Assembly (NCBI GenBank): GCA_002633005.1
Contig: NMRA01000409.1
Span: 345,938-409,937 of the forward strand
Source of the DNA: Phoronis australis
Lineage: Eukaryota; Animalia; Phoronida
Length of the DNA stretch: 64,000 nucleotides
Direction: 5' to 3'
Positions 39,201-50,508 of the stretch are shown here, piece after piece (the first letter of the stretch is position 1; the number at the start of each line of letters is the position of its first letter). Position numbers and translations under genes: made by a program. The notes under the pieces are model-generated. The model worked only from the letters and a program-made list of their open reading frames with translations. It had not been told where the DNA came from and searched no databases.

Positions 39201-42200
39201 GCATACAATACAATTAAAAAATGTGAGCTAAGAAGTAGGAGACTTTATGCATATGTCAAGCAGTGAGGTCTGGTGTGGTTTGAACTCGCGATCTTTAGAT
39301 TGGGAGGAGGCAACTCCACCACTATGCTGCATTGCTTCATGTTTTGACTCTCCATGGAAATAAGTTAAATTCGATTTTGTTATGGTGAACTTGGGGCTCA
39401 CCTGCTTCAGCTAAAAAAGCAACTCCAGCAGTTTGAACTCACAGTAGATATTAAGTCATTTGCTTAGCACATGAGGATATTTGGACAATGAAAAAAATTT
39501 ACAAATTCCAAGGCAATTCTTATTGTGTTCTTCATGTTGAAACCCCTAATTCTGCATATGAATTGAGCCATTATCAAAAATTAAACTCTCCAACTGACTC
39601 GTACTAGCCATCTACAAAATACAAATCATTGTTGAAAATCTTTTCACACTACAATCCTTCCCCCAGCCCACGATGTCTTCAACCTACTTTCAGCCAACTG
39701 AGATATAATCTTCATCCTCTGCTGCGAGGCGTAAGTTCTGCGTTTCGCCATGTCGCTCTTTCTTTGTCTTCTCTGTTCTCGTTTCTCCAACAGCTCTGAC
39801 CTCTTTTGGTGAATGTCCTTCAACCATCCGTTGAAGTCCTTCTGACGTTTTTCATCCATTTTCCTCTCCTCTTCCTGCTCCTGTGCACAACAACGAATGA
39901 GACAGAAGACGACAAAATCACTCACTTATTGAAACTCAGCACAGATGTCAAAAGCTTTTCCACCATAGTGGATGGAGCAACACATGTCGAGATTTTGTAT
40001 TGATTAAACCAGTATTGAAACAAACTGCAGTCCAAAAGAAGTCGTGGCTATTCAGTCGCAACTTTTTGAAATTTTGACTTTTTGTGCAGTTTACTTGAAA
40101 AACTACTGAGTATCAGGTGTTATGACCAACTTATGTATTCAAATTAGTCAAAGCCTGAAAAAACAAGTCAGCATCCTGCAAAGACTGAAGTAAAAATGGC
40201 AGCCCAGTTGGCAGTGGCAGCTCTAATAAAAGACTGACTATGAAATCGATAGATGCTTTTAAATTACAAGTTCATCACCATGTGTACCCAAGGGGATAGT
40301 AATGGTTCCGTCATGGTTATAATGAAAATTCAAAAAATGCACTTTGACGTAGCGCAATTTCGCAGTGACAGACAGTCTCAAGTAGCAGCCGCCTCACGTA
40401 CACGGGATGGTCTAAATTCAAAAATGAACAGCAAATATGCTCATCCAGCTATACGCAACTTCATGACCATACAAATTTAGCTATTGGAGTCAAAATAAAT
40501 TGCCAGAAGAATCTAGACATTTTCCCACTTTTTTGCCAGCTTACTCAAATCAGTGACAACAGCGTGTCCAGCTTATGGTCACTGAAGTGCATAAAGTTGC
40601 GTCATGGCCATTAGTTGATGAAAAGCGTGTGACTCTCACAAAAGCTGATACTTACCTTAACACGTTTTTCCTGTCGTAACTTCTGGGCACGAGCCCTACC
40701 CTCAGCAGCGTTCTTCAGAATACGCTGCCTCCTTTTCAGTTTGACCTGCTCTTCGGTCAGTTCATCATCAGGTACGTCCAGAAGGTCATAAACTGGCTCC
40801 TCCTTCTAACAAAATGAAGAACTACTGAATCACACAAATGCCTTATCAGACCAGTTTGATTAATCCACAAACTAAAAGTTTTGCCAAAAATCTGAAATGG
40901 GTGAATTTTTGAAAAACGTCAAAATTTTTCAAAATGTCCACACTGGATACAATCCATGACATATTACACTGTAGCAACATTTGGAAACAGCAATCAATAT
41001 TTCCTTTCATTTCTCATTATTTTACAATGTTCACGCTACTGTTTTTAAGCACAAAGTCAGCAACTGATCTCAAGACAAGAGGACCGTTCCAAAGAAACTG
41101 ACTTAGCTCAAACACATCTGAAATTTCAGTAAAATTTTAAGAGAAAACATCAATTTGACTCAAGTCCCGTTTTAAGAAAGAGATCTTAAGTTTGATTTAA
41201 GAAGTTTTTGACTTAAGTTTTGTCATAATTTTGACCGACTTACCGAATGTGGAAGTTTCAAAGTTTGGAAGTTGAGACAAATCTTAGACTTAGGTCAAAA
41301 ATGAACTTAAGTCAGTTTCTTGGAACGGGCCCTAGGACAATCGATTGCATATCACGTCACCTGATGCCTGTTCCATAGATGCAACAATACAGTGTCGTGA
41401 ATTCACAAGATTGCCCGAGACTCCAAAAGATGACGCTAAGCAATAAAGCATGTGATCACATTACATCACCGGCCAGACTTTGGCATCTACGGAACTCAGC
41501 TCAGATTGAGCTATGAAAATCAAGGTCCAGTTGTGACAGTGTCAACAAAATCTGGTGACAACACTTGATGCTTACAGACACAGCAGTGACAAGTGGAAAG
41601 ATTACACTGGGCGGGTTCATCACTTACTTCTACTGGCTCTGGTTCCACTTCTATGCCGAGTATCTTGGCTCTGGTTCGCTCAATGGAGGCGCTCAACCTG
41701 CTAATGGACTCCTGGAGCTCCTCGGGTTTCGTGTAACCAAGCTCGTCTAAGGCTCTCTGTTGCAGTGAGTGTAGAGAAGGAAATTTAACAATATGTTTTC
41801 TTGGAAAAACATCTCTTGGAGACAGTGCTAGACTTTTATCTGCTTCAAAAATCTCTCTTGTATGTTGACTTGGAATAGGAAAACAAGTGTCAAAATAGCA
41901 CTATGTCGACCAATTATAAGACCATGACTTCAGCATGCAAATACGGCTGTTGTCATCACCCCCAGACAAAAGTAATGATTGGTACTTAACGATCACTGAT
42001 GGTACCGGAGGAATATAATATCAATTTCATCTAAAACCACCATGAATATCAAACCCAGTCTATATAAAAATGTCAATCATCCAAACACGAGTAACAGAAC
42101 AGGTCACGAATTTTAGTCCGTTAGGAAACAAGTTGGCAACTGGTCATCGGACAGCAGGAAAATATAGCCTCCTGGTCTAATTTTCAGCAGACCACACAAC

Positions 42201-45200
42201 TGTACTGTTGTCTCCATCACAGGCTCTTGAATTTTTCTTTTACTTGCACAGCAAAAATTTAAAAAATATGCCTGAGCTTGTTGTGGTGATGATTTCGATC
42301 CAAGTGACGACTGCACTGGGGATCGAGTTAACGACCCCTAGCAGACAGTTGATTGACTGGTTTGAGTAGGCCGATCAGACAAAAAATTAATCATCTGTGC
42401 TGTACTATTACACCATAGAAGATAAACTACAGCCAAGTGGAGCACTTGCCATGCTGTGAGGTCGGTAACCATAACAGTTAACTCACGTAGAAGCCATCCT
42501 CGTTGTCCTCGTCACCTATCAGCTCCTGAATACTCATCAGCTCAGTCAGCTTCTCCTGATCTGCAGACAACTGAAATCACAGGATATGAAGACTTGTCAT
42601 CAGCATATTTTTGGAGACAGACTGGGGGAAAGACTGTACAGCATTCCGTAGACCTACAACTTTGGGATAAAAGCAAGATCTCATAAAATCCCGCAAGTGA
42701 AAGGCGGATGTTTCGCGAGTATGCTCGTGGGCTTACTATCCTCTCCTAGCAAAATGACGGACCCTGAAGTGATTGGTTGGCGAGGTTGGAGTGTTGAACT
42801 GTGGGATTGAATTCCATAATTAAGATTACTGTAATACAATTTGCGTTTTGTGTAATAATTATGAACAACGTTGAAGACTAACTGCACTTTATGTCGGTAT
42901 GTAATGCTTATGCAGGCCTCCGTCAGCAATATATAAATGTAAATTTTGATAACCATAACCCTGTCCTATACTTCAACATTATGAAGACTCCTGATGCAAA
43001 CATGGTAAATTTCATATATTTAGCCAAAGTATGTACAGAAAAATTCTTTTTAATTCGAAGTATTGTTCTGTCCTTGTATAGATGTTTTTTACTGTACTTT
43101 GGCCCTCTGGCCTGGAATGCAATCAAGTATGCCATAGTAAGAACTTTTTATGTGAAGTGAAAGCTGATGTCTTGTGGTCTATGGAACGTAGCCCTTCTGT
43201 GTCCCTGCTGGCAATAATATCCTGGACTCTACCAGTCGGTAGTTCATGTGACCCAATCAGAAAAGCATGAAGCTAGTAATCAAGCTGATGGTTGACAGGG
43301 GGCACTACCACAGGATCTCCACTCAATTTTAAGAATTACTGTAACAATTTTCTAAAACTTGATTGTAGTTTTGTGTTAATAGCCTTTCAACGTGGCAGCA
43401 TGCCTTCAAGCAACACTGGTCCTGTCAGGCATTCTAAATGTGGTATAGACTAGGCTTACCATAGCCATGTTTTCAGTCACCACACATGGAAAAGATGCTG
43501 GTGCACTGACACCACTAAGGAAACGGGGTGAGCAGTCAATTGTTCAAGTTCAAATGATTATTTCATCAGATAAGAATATAAGTGGTCATGAGAAGTATTT
43601 CCCTGCAGTATATTTTTTTTTCAAAATAAATCAAAATGCAAAATATCAAATCAGAGTCTTGCGTTGCTGGCAAACATCTCTTGAGCCAGATATTTCCTAC
43701 GAACTGTAGTTATTAGTAACCATTCAAGTATGAGGGTGAAGTTGAATGAAAGATAACTACGACAAACATGAGCAGAAATGAAAACAAGTAAACACAAATA
43801 ATGAAAACGAAATAATTCTGAACAGAGGACATCTAACCCCCAACTCCCACACTGTTCCCCCTCTTAAACTGACTTTTAGTCAGAGTTGTCTCCCTTACCT
43901 TCTCCTCCCTCCTCTTAACTGCTATCTCCCTCAGCTTCTTGTTTCTCTGCTGTCGTCTCTCCTGCAGTTGCTCAGCACTCACCAGGCTGCTTGGCTGCTA
44001 TAAAGGTTATGCACATCTGTGAGTGTTCACTGAGCTATCTTTGGCAACAAGACCGCCATCTAGTGTGCAGTTTTCAAAATACATAGGACATACTTTGACA
44101 GTACTCTGTCAGACTGCACCAAACCATCACAAGCTTCTTGACACAATTATTTTCCACAGCAAATTTGAGTTTTTGTCAAAAATTAAATGGAATTTAATGA
44201 CGCTGTTGCGCCAAGCCACTATTTGGTTACTGTAAAATATTATGCACAATAAATTGCCGCGATTACAACAAAAAGTGCGGCACAACATGTGTCCAGATTT
44301 AGTCAGAAATGACACGAAGCCTAGATTAGTTTAAAATGTATACATAGTTGCAATTTTGTGCGTGGAATCTGTTTAACTTTGATAGTGTCCAGTACATTTT
44401 GAAAACTTCTGTAACTGACATTTATGCAGCATTCAGATGCGGACTTTTTACAGCTAAGGTAGAACGTAAGATCAGATAACACATCAGCCAATGTATGCAA
44501 GGGTTTCAAATGTCTTACCTACAACCTCACAACCAATTAGCATAACAGTGTGTTAGTGCAACACGCTAGCCATCTGCATGTGATCACCATGGGGGAAAAG
44601 AGATTCACTAACGCTAAAACCTCTTCAGTAAGGGAGAAAATATGGTGAACAGGTGAATTTTCATTTTGTCAAATTTCTCAACAAGGATAACTTGACAGGA
44701 CAGGGTAGCCTGATTTTCAAAAACGTAACATTTGATAAAATTTTGAACATTTGCAGTAATGTGGTAAGCCTCCAAAGAACAGAAAAACGGCAATTTTTGT
44801 CCCTCACTGAAGAGTTTTTACCGTACTCACATAAATGAAATATCTAGGTTTCTCACTGTAAGAAGGCAGATTTTTCGTCTGATGGTAAGAAGGCAGACCA
44901 GACCACTGACGAGCATTCACATGGAGAAATTTTATAGATGTCCGATCTGTTGTCTCACCAGACAGCGTGTGAACGCTGTATTAAAGTGGTAGCATGGACT
45001 AGTGGGGCGTATCTTATGAATTAAGAGAGATCGTGAAAGACTGGCAAGGTGAAAAGCACCATCAAGACCCCCACCTTGTGGAAAAAGCTGCAAGTATTAG
45101 GGTCAGAACTCTGAATTATGGGAAAATCGCTAATTTCGTTGCATTAGCCAGTGTCTTTCGAGAGCCATTTTGCAAGTGACTAGCATGTCATCATTAAAAA

Positions 45201-48200
45201 CTCCCAAAGTTACTAATTGATTTCTACCACCAAAATGAACTGAGATCACCTGCCAATGATAAGAAGCCGCTAAATTGCATAGTCTGTGACTAAAGTTACT
45301 GTAAGTGTCCACCAATCACACCCTAAATGGGCCATGTTTGTCTCAACTAAAAAGTTTAATCGTTAACCAGCCACATAAAACAGGTCACTTAATGATGAAG
45401 GAAAATTAATATACCAGCTGCATATTGCGAACATTCAGTCTGTTCACACTTCACAGCAGCTATGAACGAATGATCATAGACTCGACACTTCAAGCAGAGA
45501 ACAGCAACTAAGCCTTTAGTGAACATACAGTTCGTTCACACTTCCAAGCAGCAATGAACTTATGATCACAGATTCAACACTTCAAGCACAGAACAGCAGC
45601 TGAACCTTGCAGTGAACAATCAGCCCATTCACGCTTCACAGCAACAATGAACAAATGATCACGGATTCAACACTTACAGCAGTAAACGGCAGCTGAAACT
45701 TGTGAACATTGTGCTCGTAATAATCAACATCTCTCCATTTGGCAAGCTGTTCCAAATATGGCGTTTTCAGGAGGCAGTGATCTTGAATTATCTCCTGCAA
45801 AGAAGAGCAAGCAGACCGATTTGAGGCAGCTATTCACCCATCCTCCGTCACAAAACAATTTTGATTTGCTAGAAATAATGGAATCTCTTCATGCATTGTT
45901 ACTGATTCAAACAGGCTTATGACAACTCATGCCCCATTACAGCAATTCAGCACTCACCTCGCATGAAAATAATTGCCAGAACTGTCTTTTTCCTAGTTTC
46001 CAAATAATGGAAACTACAAGTGCATCATTAAACCCCTACATGGTACAGGCCAAGCTAATAGTGGATTTAATAAATTTTTCTTGGTCTTCATTTTTGATGC
46101 AAATTTTGTCACAAAGTGAAAATTCAGTGGCCTGCCCTATTGCGTGCAAAATACTTGAAGAGTTATCCTATTTTCCAAGGACAATAACCACCAGAAAACA
46201 TCGGGGCGGGAAGAAGTATTTACTGTTTTTGGCACACTACAGCATGGAATTGCATTTGTACCACTCAGTCGTTATTTGATGAGTTTTTGTTACTTTTCTA
46301 CAATAAACGTGAACAGTAGATGAGTAATGTTCACCAAACTAATCAAAATGAATGTGACATGGGTTTTTAAGATAATCATACTGCCTGGTACCATTGAAAA
46401 ACTCACTTCTGCCCGGCTGAGGGTGATGGCCGCGAAGTGACCCGGATACTTTAGCTGAAGCAAACGGTGCATGAAGCTGGTCATGTGACTTCCACCAATG
46501 TTGATACGCCGGCATCGGCTGGCGTCGAGGCGACCATTCAATAGAGGGAGCAAGTGTGTGGTACAATGGCCAAAAGAAACTATGAGACTGTCACTGGGTT
46601 CTGAAAATGGCAGCGAGAAAAGACCTCAGTATATGAAATTAGGACACTGTAACTGGGAACACAAAAATGACTGCAGCTATTTTCCTTTCAAAAATACTAG
46701 TTAAATGTATGCAACTTCCAAAACGATAATCACAAAAAATAGTTAAGAATTAGGAAATAATAATCTTAGCATTCAAAAATACAATTTAAGGTTAATAATA
46801 AAAAGTTAATAATAAAAACTGTGCTGATGAATAATAACACAACCATGAGTCGAGAACTGCAGTCTGGTAGGGAAAGTTTTAGGACTCATTGTGTACAAAC
46901 CAAGTAGACCCATTGGGAGCCTCCTTATAATGCTGGAATTTGTGAAATGTATTTAACACGTAAAGAAAAAACTGTCAACCCGTTTCTCTTACCTGGACTT
47001 TGCTTGTTGCCATAGTAACTGAACAAGGCATCTACACCATAAAATACAGATGGTACCTGATAGCACTCGAATAACAATTCTGACATCTCTGGAACATAAG
47101 CAAGCGAGTTGTGAATTTGACATGGATTATCACTGGGTCCAATACATATTTGACACTTAATACATATATGTACAGCTCACAGTTAAGCTTCCATAAGTCG
47201 GACTTGCATGAGCCTGCTTTTCGCAAACCTCGGACAACGTTGCGTGGTATGGACATTCCTACACTCAGCCATTCAGATAAGCCAGATTTCCTCCAACTCA
47301 AATGAAATGTCTTGGTCTAGTTCAATCAGTCTTATGCAAGTTATACTATACACTACATCAAATTTGATTAATACAATGAAGAACGAATTAAAGAAAAACA
47401 AAATGAAAAGAAGTTGAAACAGAGATATTTCAATGAAGACGTTCGATTTAATATACATCTGGCCGTTTGATAGGAATGCAACAAAGTCATTAAATTTCAT
47501 AATTTCAATGTCAAAAAACGCAAGGATTACTGGTGGATGGGATAGAATTTTTGGAATTATATAAAACAATAAAATCCGTTGTTTTTTTCATTTTATTTCA
47601 AATTGCCATTTCTAGCAGTTGTCTGTCAGACATTCACTGAAACGAACAAAGGTGACTACAACATAAATACCCTTAAACTGCTTTGCCTTTTATCAAGTGG
47701 GGTTTAGCTTTGAAAGCACAATGTTAAACTGTAAGGGTGCACATTTGATTGCGTACTGAAGCCAGTCTCAGAAAATCTCATTTCTCGCTGATAATGTAAC
47801 TTTCGCTTCAAAGAATACTCACGCTGTCTGCAGTAGCCAGGGTTACACACCGGTTCAGTCAAGATGATCGGGTGTTCAACGCAGCCCTCAGTATCTATGC
47901 CCAAATGTGTGAACAAGTGATCAAAGATTTGTTCCTAAGAAAACAGTACAGGGATCAGCACAAAAATTGGAGTTTCCACGCGACAAACTGACAGGTGGTC
48001 TTCTGTATTAATTCACAAGTTCATGGTTCAAACCCAAAATGTAAAGACACAGCTAAGTTAGCATTATACAAGTACTAGTATTGATATCAAACCAGTCGTG
48101 CGATGAAAGAAAACCACCCTCCTCCCATGCAACTAGACATTGCTTAAAAGTCGTTTTTATTTCATAAGGAATTGCCATAAGATCTAAGCAAAATAAGGGC

Positions 48201-50508
48201 CTGTTTTATAAAAACTCGCGCGCACAGTCACAACCAATACAAACACAGGCACATGGCATGCTATGAATAAAAAAAAAAATCTGTGTTTGCCTTACTGGTG
48301 TTTTGTTTCCTCTGATTAAAACAAATCATTTGAATTAAATTTTGTAAGTATGACATTGATTATTGCCAAAGCCCTTCTTGTATATTTGCTGTTAAAATAA
48401 GAAAAAGTCCAGAAATATAACTTTGAGAGAGTTTTCAACTCCTTTTTGTCATCTTCTGTGAAGTGATGGCAAATCAATCCACTCTTCAAAGTCATAATCT
48501 TGTTTCTAGTAATGAAAATTTCACACTGCACTAAGCACTCTTCAAATAATATATAAAAAAAATAATTGCAGGCGGTCTGATACGCGTTATACCAGACGCG
48601 CGCAGGCCTCACATGTGGGCCCATTGCACTCTTCAAACCCACATGAAAGTTGTTTAACCTGAGTGTATAAACTACCTGCACTTCATACTGGGTGACGACA
48701 TTTCTGTCAAACTGCGTCTTCAACAGCCACCTCACTACCTCAATGTTACTTATGTCATTGCCAATCTGAAACTCTGTGTCCTATAATAAAAACAACACTT
48801 GCAAGAAAAAGCACATTAATACAGTGATTTCAAGCAAAACAAATCAGCCACTCTTAAAGGGAAACAAAGCCTCGTTTCAACCTTTTAACAGTCATAGAAA
48901 CAGTAAGTTTATATCATGTACAGACAAAAAATTATTCCCAAAATCAAAGTTGTCATTTGTCAAAAGCTTCAAACATTGAATACCCACAATTTTTAATTGA
49001 CAGCAACAGTAGCAAGAAAAGAGAGCTTGAAAATTGGAATACTGTTTTGTGCCTTTTATCGTTTAATGGAAAAAATGATAATACAAAGTTTTATTTGTAT
49101 GCCACATTAAGTCCTAAATTGACAAGATTTCACCATATCACCCACTGCAAGACAGTTTGAAGTGTTCTAACAAAATAATGCCCATAAATTCTGAAAACCC
49201 TACGAACATTGTAGTCTTCTAAATTGGCAATCATAACTACTGTTATGGGTTAGTTTATGGGCAGCTGTGCAAGGAAAATGTACTTACAAGACAGCATGTA
49301 GTTCAGAAAGTCAGCAGGGTTACAACTTTTAATAATTTATTGAAATATTGGATCTCACAAGAATTTTTTTGATTCTAACTTTTGAAGCATGAAGGAAATT
49401 TATAGGATTAAAAGAAAAATAATTACAAGTTAGCCTTTTTGAAGTTCTAGTGTCAAAACCAGGGGTCTGTTTCATAAAAAGTGTCTTGGTACTTAAGTCT
49501 TGTCTTACGCTCCCCACTTCACAATTGCTGAATAAGGGGTTTGCCAAGTAATTATGAGCGCTTCACAGCCTAGAAATAATTTATAGAATTTATCTCAGTA
49601 ACTAGCAGTTATTTGTATGTTCTCAGGAACATTTGCTCAAGCCTGATTTGATTATTTTTCAGAAACAGTTGTGTAGAGTGTAAGATATAATTTCTGTCAA
49701 TCCACTAACCATCTCAAAACATCCGCCCGACATATGGGTGACCTATACAGAGTGCAAGGTGGACCCCCTGGCCCCCCAGCAAAGACACTCACTTTCTTAC
49801 TCCTCTGTTTAGCCATCAGGTTCTTGAAGGTCATACGAGGGCTCTCATCAGTAACCCATCCCGCCTTGCACGTGTATGATCCTGAATAAAACAGAAAAAA
49901 CATACCAAAGTGAATAGCATAAAATTCCGTGTATAAACCCATAATGGCTATGTTGAGCAGACTTTAATTACTTTATCATTATTTAATAAATATTACAAAT
50001 TTCAGTCTTGGTCACATAACTGAAAATGAATTTTTTCTTGATTGGTATGGGGTGTGTGTATCCATGACAACCTCAAACTCTGGAAAGTAATCATTTTAAA
50101 ACAGACACTTCATGGTCTAGGGGCTTGTTTCTTGAAGAGTCTACAGTCGTTTGTTTTTGACTTTCAAATCAAAATCAATATGAAGATGGCGTAGCTTCTT
50201 TCACGATAATCAGGCTGGGGCTGAACAACTGTCTACAACTCGAAGTCGAAAGACAAAAATATGTAGTTTGTTCAACTAGACACAAGACCAAAAGAGATAC
50301 AAATATTCAGACAGATTTTTGATTACAATGAAAATGAAACAAGCCACAGAGCTAGTTGAAGCATTTAAAAAATATTCTGCAAAAGATTACCATTGTCGAT
50401 GATTAAAGGAGTCTTGTTGGACTTGAGCTCCGGAGAATAGTGATGGATTGCATCAGAAGGAAGTCTTTTGTCTTTGAAGGTGAATATATTCTCATCAGCA
50501 GCAGACAT
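33115..50508 (-). CDS. ACTR5: Actin-related protein 5 (INO80 complex subunit); 18 coding exons, 707 aa as reconstructed
   Basis: Actin-fold motifs [53 protein letters not shown] and [13 protein letters not shown]. Arp5-specific motifs [11 protein letters not shown] and [17 protein letters not shown]. Exon lengths sum to 2124 nt with consistent phases. Confidence 0.95.
33340..33625. repeat. Low-complexity short tandem repeat (cagtctgcacaagtc-like)
   Basis: Degenerate short units in the last ACTR5 intron. Confidence 0.8.
33864..33975 (-). CDS. ACTR5: ACTR5 exon 17 (DVFLTGSP...[11 protein letters not shown])
   Basis: ttgcag / gtgggt. Confidence 0.92.
35120..35237 (-). CDS. ACTR5: ACTR5 exon 16 ([22 protein letters not shown])
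   Basis: gacag / gtaaga. Confidence 0.92.
35953..36036 (-). CDS. ACTR5: ACTR5 exon 15 ([17 protein letters not shown])
   Basis: ttgtag / gtaata. Confidence 0.92.
36221..36277. repeat. (CA)n-type microsatellite next to the N at 36220 (another at ~33655-33682)
   Basis: cactcacacacacgcacaca... Confidence 0.9.
36549..36826. repeat. 55-bp minisatellite x5 abutting the ACTR5 exon 14 donor
   Basis: Unit gattacttttgtctagtactgtagacaacaacaacagtcatgccacagtcccctc. Confidence 0.95.
36829..36923 (-). CDS. ACTR5: ACTR5 exon 14 ([13 protein letters not shown]...[10 protein letters not shown])
   Basis: ttacag / gtgagg. Confidence 0.9.
37385..37452 (-). CDS. ACTR5: ACTR5 exon 13, copy B (inside the gap-flanking duplication)
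   Basis: Same exon as 38580-38647. It is 68 nt, so including both copies would frameshift. Confidence 0.7.
37664..37879. mobile_element. TIR element enclosing a tRNA-like sequence (second copy at ~38859-39075)
   Basis: ~58-bp inverted arms flank a tRNA-like core at 37732-37804. Confidence 0.7.
38580..38647 (-). CDS. ACTR5: ACTR5 exon 13, copy A ([22 protein letters not shown])
   Basis: ttacag / gtaagt; same peptide encoded at 37385-37452. Confidence 0.8.
39265..39330 (-). mobile_element. tRNA-derived SINE head fragment (partial copy at ~38070-38127)
   Basis: On -: A-box-like GCAGCATAGTGG and B-box GAGTTCAAACC. Confidence 0.5.
39688..39880 (-). CDS. ACTR5: ACTR5 exon 12 (EQEEERKM...[14 protein letters not shown])
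   Basis: cacag / gtaggt. Confidence 0.9.
40656..40805 (-). CDS. ACTR5: ACTR5 exon 11 ([32 protein letters not shown]...)
   Basis: gttag / gtaagt. Confidence 0.88.
41081..41331. mobile_element. Harbinger-like MITE in an ACTR5 intron
   Basis: TIRs GGACCGTTCCAAAGAAACTGACTTA / TAAGTCAGTTTCTTGGAACGGGCC. Confidence 0.75.
41628..41756 (-). CDS. ACTR5: ACTR5 exon 10 (RALDELGY...EPEPVE)
   Basis: caacag / gtaagt. Confidence 0.86.
42487..42570 (-). CDS. ACTR5: ACTR5 exon 9 ([11 protein letters not shown]...EDGFY)
   Basis: tttcag / gtgagt. Confidence 0.86.
42950..43170 (+). mobile_element. Possible 3' end remnant of a CR1/L2 LINE
   Basis: [11 protein letters not shown] resembles the typical YxGPxxWNxL C-terminal LINE motif. 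Confidence 0.3.
43899..43997 (-). CDS. ACTR5: ACTR5 exon 8 ([17 protein letters not shown]...RREEK)
   Basis: tagcag tandem acceptor / gtaagg. Confidence 0.88.
45415..45710. repeat. ~93-bp diverged tandem repeat x3 overlapping the ACTR5 exon 7 donor
   Basis: cactt...agca...cagctgaa...gtgaaca recurs at ~45486, 45578 and 45671. Confidence 0.8.
45678..45794 (-). CDS. ACTR5: ACTR5 exon 7 (EIIQDHCL...HKFQLPFTA)
   Basis: ttgcag / gtaagt. Confidence 0.9.
46407..46600 (-). CDS. ACTR5: ACTR5 exon 6 (RRINIGG...[19 protein letters not shown])
   Basis: tttcag / gtgagt. Confidence 0.93.
46993..47088 (-). CDS. ACTR5: ACTR5 exon 5 ([23 protein letters not shown])
   Basis: ttccag / gtaaga. Confidence 0.93.
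47823..47934 (-). CDS. ACTR5: ACTR5 exon 4 (EQIFDHLF...[17 protein letters not shown])
   Basis: cttag / gtgagt. Confidence 0.93.
48676..48780 (-). CDS. ACTR5: ACTR5 exon 3 (DTEFQIGND...[16 protein letters not shown])
   Basis: tatag / gtagtt. Confidence 0.92.
49793..49881 (-). CDS. ACTR5: ACTR5 exon 2 (GSYTCKAGW...QRSKK)
   Basis: ttcag / gtgagt. Confidence 0.92.
50391..50508 (-). CDS. ACTR5: ACTR5 coding exon 1 ([11 protein letters not shown]...PLIIDN)
   Basis: ATG at 50508, gtaatc donor; acceptor just upstream implies a 5' UTR exon. Confidence 0.88.

Larger units (their letters stand above)
36935..39322. repeat. Tandem near-identical duplication (36935-38127 / 38129-39322) split by N at 38128; includes ACTR5 exon 13
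   Basis: Junction at the N; SNP-level differences. Confidence 0.9.
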
